A stretch of DNA of 64,000 nucleotides from Nemertoderma westbladi (lineage: Eukaryota; Animalia; Xenacoelomorpha): assembly GCA_032718475.1 (NCBI GenBank), contig JAUCBJ010001784.1, positions 1-64,000 on the forward strand, read 5' to 3'. A program made the translations under genes and the position numbers. The notes beneath the pieces are model-generated. The model was not told where the DNA came from, made no database searches, and saw only the letters and a program-made list of their open reading frames with translations. Within the stretch, counting starts at the first letter, position 1; every line of letters begins with the position of its first letter. This document shows, in pieces, positions 11,246 through 25,049 of the stretch.

Positions 11246-12344
11246 AATTGAATTGAAAACCTGTAAATTTATATTGCTGCAGTATATTGTATAAAATGTT
11301 AATCCCTAATCCATATCACAATATGGTTATCACAATCCCTCTAAAGTCGTGGTTGTCTAACATGATATAATTGTATACAATGTTGGTTGAAAGGAAAGGC
11401 GCATAGTCGCTTCTACAGTATACTTATTTTGACTTATTTCATAGGGTGGCGTTGGGATCTACGTATCATTATGAGGATCTAAGTTACAGCCAAGATATAA
11501 GTTCACACATGATCTAGTTAAGATCTAAAGCCTAGGATCCGTCCTCGGATGAGTCTATCTGATGACTGATGTTAGTATATTACTGCAGCAGTAACCAGTA
11601 CAAGTAGGCCTACATCACATCAGCCTTGCTTCTGTGTGACTTACGTTTAATACAGTAGTACTGATGTAATACAGTACCGGTAATGTATACGACGTGGATT
11701 TACTACATGAAGGCCTAACAGGCTACTGTAATACTGTAATACAGTAATACTTTATTATTTAATTTGTCAAATTACCTCTTCAGAATTAATTTATCGATGA
11801 AATTATTCGCACTTATCGGCCGATCAGCATTTCCTCGGTCGTTGATATGTAGGCCTTGGCATTGTGACCGGTACCGATACACTACAGGTGGTTTCGCACC
11901 AGTGTCGCGGCCATTGAGACAGTTCGCCTCCGATAAATCATCAAACAATTCCCAACGAACTGGGCTAAAGTCTCGTTTAACACGATTTCGATTTTTCACA
12001 CAGCTTACAGCTCTGATTACTTTAACAACATTTTTATTAATTGTGAAGAATTCGGTTTCATCTGCATCTTCTGCGCCAAGGGAAGACTGAATACGGTTTC
12101 ATCTGCACTTAGATTACGTCTAATAAATAGCAACTTAATTTAATATTAGAGTAGTATCGTACCTACAGTACTGTGATGTGTAAATAAGTAATTGAAGTAA
12201 TTGATATTTTATCATATTATAAAAATTTCATTCATTTTTCGTTGATGTTAAATTTTCCGGTTGGTAAAGAAAAAAATAGTTGATCGTTCCCGGGCTGTTT
12301 TATTAACTTTTGAGTGTCAGTTAATTCGGAAGCATGAGTTCGGA

Positions 12345-12850
12345 AGATGCAAGATAGCGAAGGTGCAAGTTAGCGAAGGTGCAAGATAGGGAAGGTGCAA
12401 GATAGGGGAGGTGCAAGTTAGCGAAGGTGCAAGATAGGGAAGGTGCAAGATAGGGGAGGTGCAAGTTAGCGAAGGTGCAAGATAGGGGGGGGGGTGCAAG
12501 TTAGCAAAGGTGCAAGATAGGGGAGGTGCAAGTTAGCGAAGGTGCAAGATAGGGAAGGTGCAAGATAGGGGAGGTGCAAGTTCAAGTTAGCGAAGGTGCA
12601 AGATAGGGGAGGTGCAAGTTAGCGAAGGTGCAAGATAGGGAAGGTGCAAGATAGGGGAGGTGCAAGTTAGCGAAGGTGCAAGATAGCGAAGGTGCAAGAT
12701 AGGGAAGGTGCAAGATAGGGAAGGTGAAAGATATGGGAGGTGCAAGATAGTGAAGGTGCAAGATAGGGAAGGTGCAAGATAGGGAAGGTGCAAGATAGGG
12801 AAGGTGAAAGATATGGGAGGTGCAAGATAGTGAAGGTGCAAGATAGGGGG
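12345..12850. repeat. 16-bp minisatellite (AAGATAGGGAAGGTGC)n
   Basis: About 30 variant units are directly visible. Confidence 0.93.
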
Positions 12851-13454
12851 ATCAAATAGCTCCTATTTAATACCATATGCTCCTAAAATCGAATATTTAG
12901 CGTAGCAACGGTCTGCCTCATCGCTAACATCAACGCTTCGTAGTTTTCCCACCACGTTACGTTACAGACTTCGCCCCTTTTCATTCAAATTATACATAAT
13001 CACTATTCTGCTATTTTTTATTTGTAGTTTTTAGATAATTGTAATTATGTCTACATAAAGGGAGCTTTGAGAAACTTAATTGCCCTACTTCGTAAAATTT
13101 TGGTTTAATTTTTAACAATTCAATTCAATGTATTTAATCAGATAAACTGACGTATAAAAAAAACTGTAAAAATGCGGCTACTGGAATCGCACAGAAAACG
13201 TTAAGAATAAATAAAATTAATGTTCACAGTTAATAAAACATTAAGCCAATGCATTGTAGGGCCTAGTAGTAGCATAAGGTGCATTGTGGGGTTTAATATT
13301 TTTACTCCGGAGCAATGTTGTACATGTCCATGAAAAAGTAAAATTGAAAACATAAAAAATTTACGCCCGCCGTATCATAAATCCCCTTTACAAAGTTTTA
13401 TGTGCTATTTTAAGAACAATGACATAAAATATTGAAAACTAACATATTAAAACT

Positions 13455-16400
13455 TTTTAGCGTGAAACATAAAGCTGCATAATTTTAGCGTGAGGCCTAA
13501 ATCTGCATTATTTTATTTAGCGTGCGTCCTAAAACAACATTATTTTAGCGTGCGTCCTAAAACAACATTATTTTAGCGTGCGTCCTAAAACTGCATTATT
13601 TTAACGTGCGACCTAAAACAACATTATTTTAGCGTGCGACCTAAAACAACATTATTTTAGCGTGCGACCTAAAACAGCATTATTTTAGCGTGCGACCTAA
13701 AACAGCATTATTTTAGCGTGCGACCTAAAACAACATTATTTTAGCGTGCGACCTAAAACAACATTATTTTAGCGTGCGACCTAAAACAGCATTATTTTAG
13801 CGTGCGACCTAAAACAACATTATTTTAGCGTGCGACCTAAAACAACATTATTTTAGCGTGCGACCTAAAACAACATTATTTTAGCGTGCGACCTAAAACA
13901 ACATTATTTTAGCGTGCGACCTAAAACAACATTATTTTAGCGTGCGACCTAAAACAACATTATTTTAGCGTGCGACCTAAAACAACATTATTTTAGCGTG
14001 CGACCTAAAACAACATTATTTTAGCGTGCGACCTAAAACAACATTATTTTAGCGTGCGACCTAAAACAACATTATTTTAGCGTGCGACCTAAAACAACAT
14101 TATTTTAGCGTGCGACCTAAAACAGCATTATTTTAGCGTGCGACCTAAAACAACATTATTTTAGCGTGCGACCTAAAACAGCATTATTTTAGCGTGCGAC
14201 CTAAAACAGCATTATTTTAGCGTGCGACCTAAAACAACATTATTTTAGCGTGCGACCTAAAACAACATTATTTTAGCGTGCGACCTAAAACAGCATTATT
14301 TTAGCGTGCGACCTAAAACAACATTATTTTAGCGTGCGACCTAAAACAACATTATTTTAGCGTGCGACCTAAAACAACATTATTTTAGCGTGCGACCTAA
14401 AACAACATTATTTTAGCGTGCGACCTAAAACAACATTATTTTAGCGTGCGACCTAAAACAACATTATTTTAGCGTGCGACCTAAAACAACATTATTTTAG
14501 CGTGCGACCTAAAACAACATTATTTTAGCGTGCGACCTAAAACAACATTATTTTAGCGTGCGACCTAAAACAACATTATTTTAGCGTGCGACCTAAAACA
14601 ACATTATTTTAGCGTGCGACCTAAAACAACATTATTTTAGCGTGCGACCTAAAACAACATTATTTTAGCGTGCGACCTAAAACAACATTATTTTAGCGTG
14701 CGACCTAAAACAACATTATTTTAGCGTGCGACCTAAAACAACATTATTTTAGCGTGCGACCTAAAACAACATTATTTTAGCGTGCGACCTAAAACAACAT
14801 TATTTTAGCGTGCGACCTAAAACAACATTATTTTAGCGTGCGACCTAAAACAACATTATTTTAGCGTGCGACCTAAAACAACATTATTTTAGCGTGCGAC
14901 CTAAAACAACATTATTTTAGCGTGCGACCTAAAACAACATTATTTTAGCGTGCGACCTAAAACAACATTATTTTAGCGTGCGACCTAAAACAACATTATT
15001 TTAGCGTGCGACCTAAAACAACATTATTTTAGCGTGCGACCTAAAACAACATTATTTTAGCGTGCGACCTAAAACAACATTATTTTAGCGTGCGACCTAA
15101 AACAACATTATTTTAGCGTGCGACCTAAAACAACATTATTTTAGCGTGCGACCTAAAACAACATTATTTTAGCGTGCGACCTAAAACAACATTATTTTAG
15201 CGTGCGACCTAAAACAACATTATTTTAGCGTGCGACCTAAAACAACATTATTTTAGCGTGCGACCTAAAACAACATTATTTTAGCGTGCGACCTAAAACA
15301 ACATTATTTTAGCGTGCGACCTAAAACAACATTATTTTAGCGTGCGACCTAAAACAACATTATTTTAGCGTGCGACCTAAAACAACATTATTTTAGCGTG
15401 CGACCTAAAACAACATTATTTTAGCGTGCGACCTAAAACAACATTATTTTAGCGTGCGACCTAAAACAACATTATTTTAGCGTGCGACCTAAAACAACAT
15501 TATTTTAGCGTGCGACCTAAAACAACATTATTTTAGCGTGCGACCTAAAACAACATTATTTTAGCGTGCGACCTAAAACAACATTATTTTAGCGTGCGAC
15601 CTAAAACAACATTATTTTAGCGTGCGACCTAAAACAACATTATTTTAGCGTGCGACCTAAAACAACATTATTTTAGCGTGCGACCTAAAACAACATTATT
15701 TTAGCGTGCGACCTAAAACAACATTATTTTAGCGTGCGACCTAAAACAACATTATTTTAGCGTGCGACCTAAAACAACATTATTTTAGCGTGCGACCTAA
15801 AACAACATTATTTTAGCGTGCGACCTAAAACAACATTATTTTAGCGTGCGACCTAAAACAACATTATTTTAGCGTGCGACCTAAAACAACATTATTTTAG
15901 CGTGCGACCTAAAACAACATTATTTTAGCGTGCGACCTAAAACAACATTATTTTAGCGTGCGACCTAAAACAACATTATTTTAGCGTGCGACCTAAAACA
16001 ACATTATTTTAGCGTGCGACCTAAAACAACATTATTTTAGCGTGCGACCTAAAACAACATTATTTTAGCGTGCGACCTAAAACAACATTATTTTAGCGTG
16101 CGACCTAAAACAACATTATTTTAGCGTGCGACCTAAAACAACATTATTTTAGCGTGCGACCTAAAACAACATTATTTTAGCGTGCGACCTAAAACAACAT
16201 TATTTTAGCGTGCGACCTAAAACAACATTATTTTAGCGTGCGACCTAAAACAACATTATTTTAGCGTGCGACCTAAAACAACATTATTTTAGCGTGCGAC
16301 CTAAAACAACATTATTTTAGCGTGCGACCTAAAACAACATTATTTTAGCGTGCGACCTAAAACAACATTATTTTAGCGTGCGACCTAAAACAACATTATT

Positions 16401-17295
16401 TTAGCGTGCGACCTAAAACAACATTATTTTAGCGTGCGACCTAAAACAACATTATTTTAGCGTGCGACCTAAAACAACATTATTTTAGCGTGCGACCTAA
16501 AACAACATTATTTTAGCGTGCGACCTAAAACAACATTATTTTAGCGTGCGACCTAAAACAACATTATTTTAGCGTGCGACCTAAAACAACATTATTTTAG
16601 CGTGCGACCTAAAACAACATTATTTTAGCGTGCGACCTAAAACAACATTATTTTAGCGTGCGACCTAAAACAACATTATTTTAACGTGCGACCTAAAACA
16701 ACATTATTTTAGCGTGCGACCTAAAACAACATTATTTTAGCGTGCGACCTAAAACAACATTATTTTAGCGTGCGACCTAAAACTACATTATTTTAGCGTG
16801 CGACCTAAAACAACATTATTTTAGCGTGCGACCTAAAACAACATTATTTTAGCGTGCGACCTAAAACAACATTATTTTAGCGTGCGACCTAAAACAACAT
16901 TATTTTAGCGTGCGACCTAAAACAACATTATTTTAGCGTGCGACCTAAAACAACATTATTTTAGCGTGCGACCTAAAACAACATTATTTTAGCGTGCGAC
17001 CTAAAACAACATTATTTTAGGGTGCGACCTAAATCAACATTATTTTAGCGTGCGACCTAAAACAACATTATTTTAGCGTGCGACCTAAAACAACATTATT
17101 TTAGCGTGCGACCTAAAACAACATTATTTTAGCGTGCGACCTAAAACAACATTATTTTAGCGTGCGACCTAAAACAACATTATTTTAGCGTGCGACCTAA
17201 AACAACATTATTTTAGCGTGCGACCTAAAACAACATTATTTTAGCGTGCGACCTAAAACAACATTATTTTAGCGTGCGACCTAAAACAACATTTT
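13455..17295. repeat. 29-bp satellite array (TTAGCGTGCGACCTAAAACAACATTATTT)n
   Basis: About 130 head-to-tail units. The core is nearly invariant, units degenerate at the left edge, and there are no spacers. Confidence 0.98.
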
Positions 17296-17368
17296 GACTG
17301 CTCTTGTACGTATTGAGCGTTTTACTTTATTCTTTACAGTTTATAAACGATAACATTACATTTCCTGA

Positions 17369-20170
17369 TCAGAGAAACACCAGCTCTAATTGTTCGCATA
17401 TCTGTTGCATCTTTACCAGCAGTGTCTCCCAACTCCCCAACTGATGCTGAGCTGCCGATCCACCCTGGCTCTGTGGATCCAGTAGCGCTCTGATGTTGGC
17501 AAGACAAGGCATCCTAGGCAACAGACGCTCTCTAACCGCAGTCTGTTCCATTTGAGTGCCGAGACCGTGCCGGCGATATCTGTCGGCCGCGGGGCAAATC
17601 GTGACGGCGTAGAGAGCCCTGGCCATCGCCCAACAGGCTGATACAGAGTGAACGGCCCCAATAGACCTGCGACATGATGACTTATCTGGTCCCAATGATA
17701 GAGTCTCTATACCTTGACTGTGACAAATCACCATCACACGACCCATAGGAAGATCCTCCACTTGGTTTATGGGCGTGTGTTCGTCAAGGAAGATAACGTA
17801 ATTCCATTGGCCTTCCTTTATAAACTTCGTGAGTACTGGACTGTTGTCGTTTATCTCACACGGGTAAGTGACAATGTCAACTGGACTTTGTGACACCGAT
17901 TTTGATATTCTCTTAGAAAGCAACGTAAGCGACTTGTCGACAAGTAATGTGGCTTTCTTACCTAAATAATAAAAGGGTTTAAATTTATATTTGAAATAGG
18001 CCCTATTAATGTTTAACAGGAGATTAAAATATGGATATCTAATTTATTTATTTACAATAATAATATATGAATGGGAATTGCGAGAATCTTTTAGGCTAAG
18101 GAAATAAGGAATGCCTGTTCACCACCATGGGTGATCTTCCACAGTAAACCCTCTTACATTGCGTTTCCTAAGTTGCCTTGGTTCCCATTTATCGACCACT
18201 GAAGGATGAAAGACCGGGTTGTGCTAGGCTGCAGAATTTAAAGCCCTGTGCCCAAACAATGCTGCCCCATCTAGGGATCGAACCTGGGCCTCCTGATTGG
18301 AAGCCCAGTAATGTACCACTAGACCAAGCTGCTGCTTTCAATAATAATATATCTATACTGTAGTTTTGCGAACCGGGTATGTACAGTATGTACTGTACTG
18401 CATATCGTGTCGCTGTACGGTATGACATCATTCGGCAGTAGAGCAGAGGCGTATCAGCCTCCTACCTCAGTGATCGAGTGAGTGATCAGTATAAAGTTTC
18501 TTTATTCCGACTAGCAATCTGGGCTGCGAAGCATACCTGATGCGCTGAAGGTTTGCTACATTAATGATAATAATAGTTAATAGAGTTCGATTAGAGCCAT
18601 CCATCCATTTACAGTAGAAAACCGTTTTGTGCATAGGGCCAACTTTACTGCCTGCAATGTAATAAAGCGTCATTATTGATAAATGGTGATACAGATACGG
18701 ATACTAACCCAAGGTCTGTAATACCCCTATCATTTGGAGTGCTCCCAATAAATTCATATGTAGTTGAGTTTGCGTTTGGTTGTGATCCACACAGACCAAC
18801 ACGTTACTTATGCTACCGTTACTCAAAACCAGTGAAGATTTTAACAATTCGCCGTATTGTGGGAATCTGTCTCCGTATTCGTCAACTAAATTATCCAATA
18901 AGGTTCGTTCTAATTCGTTAACGGCGTCGCGACTAGCTTCTGATACAATAGAGAACCTCTTATTGCCTAACTCTATCACGCAGATTGCCCTACCTGGGTG
19001 TCTGGGGGCGGGGTCACCTACAAGTTTATCCGTTATAAACAGCTGATTGCCCCCTCCTATTATAGATAACGGTAGATTTGCGTTACTAGTAGCCACCACA
19101 GCGGTCACCCCACAAGCCCAGGACACATAGACTAAATCATCATCTCCGTCTACCTCTGTAGTGTACGGCTCGCCACATAATACGTCTTTGGGATCAGCTA
19201 CACCCATATCCACAGGATCCCCTATATGTATAGGAGCACCATGAACTTCCTCTAAGTATTGGGTAGTCCTACAGGCCGCCTCAACTAAATCTTTCGCTAT
19301 CGCCATAATTGAGATCACTAATTTTCCATAGAACCGTCCTACTGATACGCAGTCAACGTTAGACCGGTATACTGGCACCGAATGTGGTAGCGTTACTCCA
19401 ACCGCCGACAGGTATCTATAAAAGGACATGGAACATCCCACATAGAAAGTGACCATTTCCGACCATGATTCCGGCAAATCTGTTAAGTTTCGTAATGTTT
19501 CTATCTCGTCAGAACCACGTCGACGGACCCAGTAGAGTCCGGAATCCGTCCGAATGTCCACGCCCGGTACACAGTAACCAGGGAAACCGACTTCTCCCGG
19601 ATTACTGCGGTAGAGAAGAGGCAAGGCGGATGAGTTTAGGTGGCAGAATGTTTCATAATCGTTAGCAAAATCCTTGTGAAACATGGATATGTTCGCTTGG
19701 TAATAACCTTCGTAAATAAAAATAAATATATGCCTACATAGAATTATCATTCATATTATTATACGTAATAAATTTATATACGTATTATTATTCCCAATCT
19801 TCTAACTTCATACTTTCCACAGGAAAATGTTAAGTAGAGAAATTCGCTACTCGCCCAAGCCTCTCCCTCTCGGACCCTCTTCTTGTTGGTTTTGTTAAAA
19901 ATTCCCACCACTGTAACCTGCCCCTTTCCCTTAATTCAGCAATTAGAAAAGGAAAATGCATGTTTTACACGAGTTTTCATGTTGCCCACAATTTTTAATT
20001 ACAAGCGTTCGCACTTATTTTGTTAATCGATAAAGATAAAATAACTAACCAATGCAGAATGTGGATGTGGAGAGCGGCTCCGAAAATCTGCCTTCTCTAA
20101 CAAGTTGTCTATAAACGACTGGCGGAGATTGTAATTCAGTCAATTTTAGTTCCAGTTCCGTTTGATTCAT
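17369..20170 (-). CDS. DGLUCY: D-glutamate cyclase-like protein (DUF1445 plus a divergent C-terminal domain); exons 20170-20050, 19707-18709, 17961-17369
   Basis: GYYQAN, FCHLNSSALPLL, DIRTD, FYVGCSMSF, HGAPIHIGDP, WACGVT and FITD match DUF1445. Both introns have G|GTTAGT donors and AG acceptors in compatible phase 1. AATAAA lies on the minus strand at 17326-17331. Confidence 0.85.
18070..18335 (-). mobile_element. tRNA-derived SINE in intron 2 of the DGLUCY-like gene
   Basis: Head has an A box (TGGTCTAGTGG), a TCC anticodon-like loop and a B box (GGTTCGATCCC). It continues into CTTTCATCCTTCAGTGGTCGATAAATGGGAACC, which resembles a conserved metazoan SINE central domain, and ends in an AT-rich tail. 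Confidence 0.75.
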
Positions 20171-22229
20171 TGTTTTAGAAAATCTATCAGTATTTATATT
20201 AATATTAGTCATAATTAAGAATAATTAATTTACAATGGCATGCGTTTTTAAGATATAGCTAGAAAGATAAGCCTACTTTCTCGAAAGAGACAAACATTAA
20301 TAGGCCTGCCTACCCATTTGCAGTTTACACTGTAGGCCTACGTAAAAATTTAAAAGTAGTAGCGCCATGTAATTGTTTCTCCTACTGTATAAATTAAGAA
20401 TTTAGTTTAAATATTTGTTGAATTACTGTGTGTGAATGAAAGGGGTGTGTGGAGGTTCATTGTTCTTTATATTAATGTACCTTGATCATGCGATGATGGT
20501 GATAGGGCTAAAGGTTTATTGATTCGATTAACTTGGCACTAAATTGAGTTAAACTGTTGGGAGTCACACAAAATACTGATGTACTGCATAGGCCTACAGT
20601 AGGGTCTCTAAGACACGTGTAAAGGGTTTAAATACAAATTATGCAAAACACTCCGCCAAACCATAAAAATGCCTCGGAATTTCTAACCCGTTATTTGAGC
20701 TAAAACGGAGACCAAGAATCAGGATAAGCAACAAAACTAAAGAGTAATTAATAATGGTTGCAGTAAGAAATCTTTGTTACAGTACATACTGTGCTGTAGT
20801 AATAAATGTTAGTTGATACTGCAGTAATAAATTTTTTATTTTTAGTTGTTTGGAGGTCATATTTGTGAAAACTTTCTCAAAGACACACTTTTTTGTAAAT
20901 CTAAGTATTTTCAATGTTATATATACTACAGTATTATAATTACATTTTTACTTATGTTGTTTATTTAAACTAAAAATTACATAATGAAATTATGGTGGCC
21001 CTGAGCGGCCTGGTTTGTCAGTTTTGTTATCTTTTTTTGTTCCCCCGACTTTTTCAAACTCGTTTGCAAAACTAAGGGAAACAAATCTAATTGGCTGGGG
21101 TGGTTTCTATAACAACAAACACCCAATCAAGTTTGTTTCCCCGACTTTTTCAAACTCGTTCAAACGACTTTACAAAACTCGGGAAAACAAACCTAACTGG
21201 TTGGTTAGTGAATTTTCAAAATCTATTAGTTTCTCCAGTCTCCCTAACAACAACAACCAATGAACTAATACACGAAGTAGGTTTAATTGGCGTGGGAAAA
21301 TTAACATATACTTCCTTGTTACTATGTAAGGTTCATAATTTTAAACTTATCTTAGTAGTAGTTGTATCGCGTTGTGTCACTAGTATGTCTCTGTTAGTTG
21401 GAACAAAATGATTGGATGTTTGTTGGTATAAAAACTACTACAGCCAATTATATTTGACCCTGTTCAGAAATTATTGGACATTTGCAAAATTACAAAAAAC
21501 TGTACTTTTTAACAAATGGGGTATAGCTCAGTCATTTTTTGGTGCTAGGTGTTCAAAATTTATGAACGAACATCGAGATAAATATGTCATCTCTAATACT
21601 ATAATAGCGCAAAAGTACGGCTACTCCTCCTCCTCCTCCCCTGCAAGTTGCTAAATTGCCAATATACTGTATTATTTATCTCGATGCACTACACTGATAT
21701 TTGAGCCTCTATTATTAGTTAAAACTCAACGAAATGAGGTCAACCATATTACTTGAAACTGCTTCTATTGAATTAACTTCCCTTTAGTCAACCCAGCTAA
21801 ATACTGTTACACTATATTGGAACATCGCCAACAGAGTAGGCCTACAATATGTTGTAACAGAAAGCCTCAATATCAACAGCACTGATCTTTTGGAATCTCT
21901 ATTATTAATTCAAATCAATGAATGAGGTCATTCATACTATAATACTGGCTACTCCTGGCCAGTCCTGTGTGTACCTATACGTCTATGTATTGTATAATAT
22001 AGTGTATTATTGTATAGTATAGTTTGTCTAAGCATTGCATTAAGAGGCCCATGTCGCATAATTAATATTAAATACACCGCCACAATTATTATTAGTTGGT
22101 TTATTGTTTAGATATCCCCATAGGATTCAATGGGGAGAGCTATCAGCTGACGTGGTAATACATTACAAACTACAGTAATTGTTTCTGTTTTCTTACTGTA
22201 AAACTTGGCAAGTAATAAATAGACTTCTC

Positions 22230-24290
22230 TGTAGTTTGGGCTTATCCATTGACTAGGCCCTCTACTAAATTTACATATATACACGAGCTGGTGTTTTTAT
22301 CATTGTGCCAATGGTGTTTTTTCGGTTTATATCTATTTTTCAAGCACAGAGGGAAGGGAGTAGCCGACATGCCAGGGACCTTACAATCGGGACTGTTTAA
22401 AACCCGGGCCGACCTGGTTTCTACCAAACTCTGGCAGCTGGAACTGTAAAACAGCTATTCCCCCATCAGACTCAATCTGTTCTAACTGACACTTTGCAGA
22501 TATGACCTGACCATAGGCTGCGTATTTGGGGGGACGCTAACTAAATTATTGGGATGAGGAGAACTTTGCCAGTCAGTACCAGGTCCCCAGATTTAAGACT
22601 GACTATCCGGGAGTCCAGTTACTTATAGGTCAAAATGCTCATGAAGTGGTAGAAACTTTACAGAAAGAGACCTGCCTAGCCATGGCCTTTACAGACCTAT
22701 GCGGCAAGAACTAGAGTAGGTTGGTACTTTACAGGTCCATCTAAGAGAACTTTACGTGAGAGAATGAAGAATATCTTCGTCAACAAGGTGAGTAAGAGTG
22801 TAGTAGAGGTAGAGGATGATGAAACCAGCCCAGATGAGGAAACTCCATACTCCTCAGATAATGATGATGTCCAGGTATTGTATGATGAGGATAATGTCAT
22901 AGGACCACTCACAGAAAATCAAGCCTGGTCTAATCAACTAATTCAACCGAAAAACGAGCTACTAGCATACGATGACGACGAACTTAATGATGTAGTGGAG
23001 CGATATAATGCCAAACTGAGAGATGAACATGCGGTAAGATTCTTCACTCAAGAAGCTGTGGAACCTACAGTAACTCATACGATAAAACTCTATCCATAGA
23101 GGAAGGAAGAGAGAGCTAAACAGATCCAAGCCACAATGACTCGCTACCTTAAGGAAGAGGGGCGTTATGAGATAGGTTTACCGTTCAGGAAACAAGAACC
23201 CAGCTTTATTAACAATCGACTGTTGGCCGTTATGAGAATCGAGCAATTACATTGAGGCTTATCCGCAAATGAGAAGGCCAAAGAGATGTATAATACTCAA
23301 CTCAAGAAGTTCATCGACAAGGGATATGCGGAGCTAGTTCCTGCAGGAACCCCTTGTGACTGAAAGAACATATTATTTAACACATCATTACGTTCCCAAA
23401 CCCGGTAATCCCAACGAAGTCCGGGTAGTATTTGATGGCTCTGCCTTATACAAAGGCCAGACCCTGAACTCAGAACTATTTCCAGGATTCATCTTACTAC
23501 AATCGCTGTTGGGAATCTTATTGCGGCTCTGGCAATACTCCCATCACATTTGCCTCCGACATCGAAGGTATGTTTCTTCAAGTCAAGACATTACAATAGG
23601 ATAGGGATAGCTTACGGTTCTTATGGTGGCCTGAAGGAGACTTCAATAAAGACCCGGTAGAGTACTGGGTGACCATCCAAGCTTTTGGCATTATCTCTAG
23701 TCCATCAAACGCTTGCTCAGTGGTGCGTACCACTGCAGACAAAAATCGAGACGCCTTCCCTAAAGCTGTGAATGAAAACATCAAGCAAGACATCTATATG
23801 GATGATAACCTCAAATCCCTACCAACAGTGGAAGAAGCGATTGGGGTTGCCAAGGGAATGGTGGAGTGTCTCCAACGTGGTGGATTCCAATTAACCAAGT
23901 TCACCAGCAACTCCTGTGAGTTTCTGGAGGCAATCCCAGTTGAAGAGAGAGGTGCTAAAGATCTCGACCTCATTAAGGATGACCTACCAGAAACCAAGAC
24001 CCTCGGTTTAAAGTGGGACACGGAAAGAGATATTCTATTTTCCAATTAAAGAAACGCGATAATCCTACTCGAACTAAGGGGATCTGCCTAAGTATTCTGA
24101 GCACACATTTTGATCCATTAGGATTAATTAGTCCTAAAATCCTAGTTGCTCGGAGTTTAGTTCCACAGATATGGCTTGAGAACCACTCTTGGGATGATCC
24201 ACTAAAGGGAGAACTGTTAAAGAAGTGGATGAAGTGGGAAGACTGTTTACCAGCAATTGAGAACTTTAAGATTTCCTGCTCGTATTTCAG
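22230..24290 (+). mobile_element. Degenerate BEL/Pao LTR retrotransposon pol fragment
   Basis: PGVQLLIGQN, HHYVPKPGNPNEVRVVFDGS, IYMDDNL, TKTLGLKWD, FDPLGLISP and SWDDPL are Pao-type motifs; multiple stops and frameshifts. Confidence 0.88.
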
Positions 24291-25049
24291 TCACATTCTC
24301 CCCACCTATTACTACAAATTACTTACAATTACACAGGTTGAGATTACAATCTCTAAATAAACAATAACAAGTTACACATACAATTTTTAGGGTAATTTTA
24401 CAAGAAATCTACAAACCAGCCTAACAAGTAGTTAGAATTTCTGGTTCTTCCAAACTGACAGGAAACTACGGTATTTGAAAACAATAAAGTAGTAGTAAGT
24501 AAGTTACGTTGTCCAGATAAGGAAATACCACCGTCTGATGACTTATAGTCTTAGCTCTATAAGTACTACGTTATGTACCCGGAGTGTCCTTACCTAGAGG
24601 TTAATTACCGAAGCCAACCAGAGCTAACGTGCCTATTAACCACGTTATAACACAAATATACTGCCTACACACTAAATTACTTTCGGAAAGCACTGTACTC
24701 TAAACCTCTCTAAACTCAAAACTCAAAACAAACTCTAAAGTTAGGTACAAGTACTTATACAACAAATAACCAGCAGTTAAATATACTTGAACAGCCAAAA
24801 GAACCACGGTATCTGCTGGAGTGACCGGAGCACAAAATCACCAGTCTTTACCTACGCCAAGCAGCCCTGATGTAGTACCGGGGTTAATTTAACTATAACG
24901 GTATGTATAACAAGCACAATTACTGTATATACAATATACAATATATCACAATCGAAATAATACTGGTACCGGTAAGTACCGGTTCGGGTGGTTAGGTAGT
25001 TAGGCCTACAGTTTACCGTCCGACCGGTTCATTCGACTTTGTTGCCTAC

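Noticed and set aside
9087-12876. Repetitive-peptide ORFs (TDNNVCI, LHLPYLAPS)
   Set aside because: These are translations of the 21-bp and 16-bp minisatellites.
13455-17295. CRISPR array (29-bp repeats)
   Set aside because: Units are head-to-tail without spacers, there are no cas genes, and the context is eukaryotic.
18262-18335. Functional tRNA-Gly(TCC) gene
   Set aside because: The acceptor stem pairs poorly and the sequence runs on into a SINE-like body.
21850-22200. LTR for the 22-24 kb BEL fragment
   Set aside because: No second copy or clear PBS is visible in the window.
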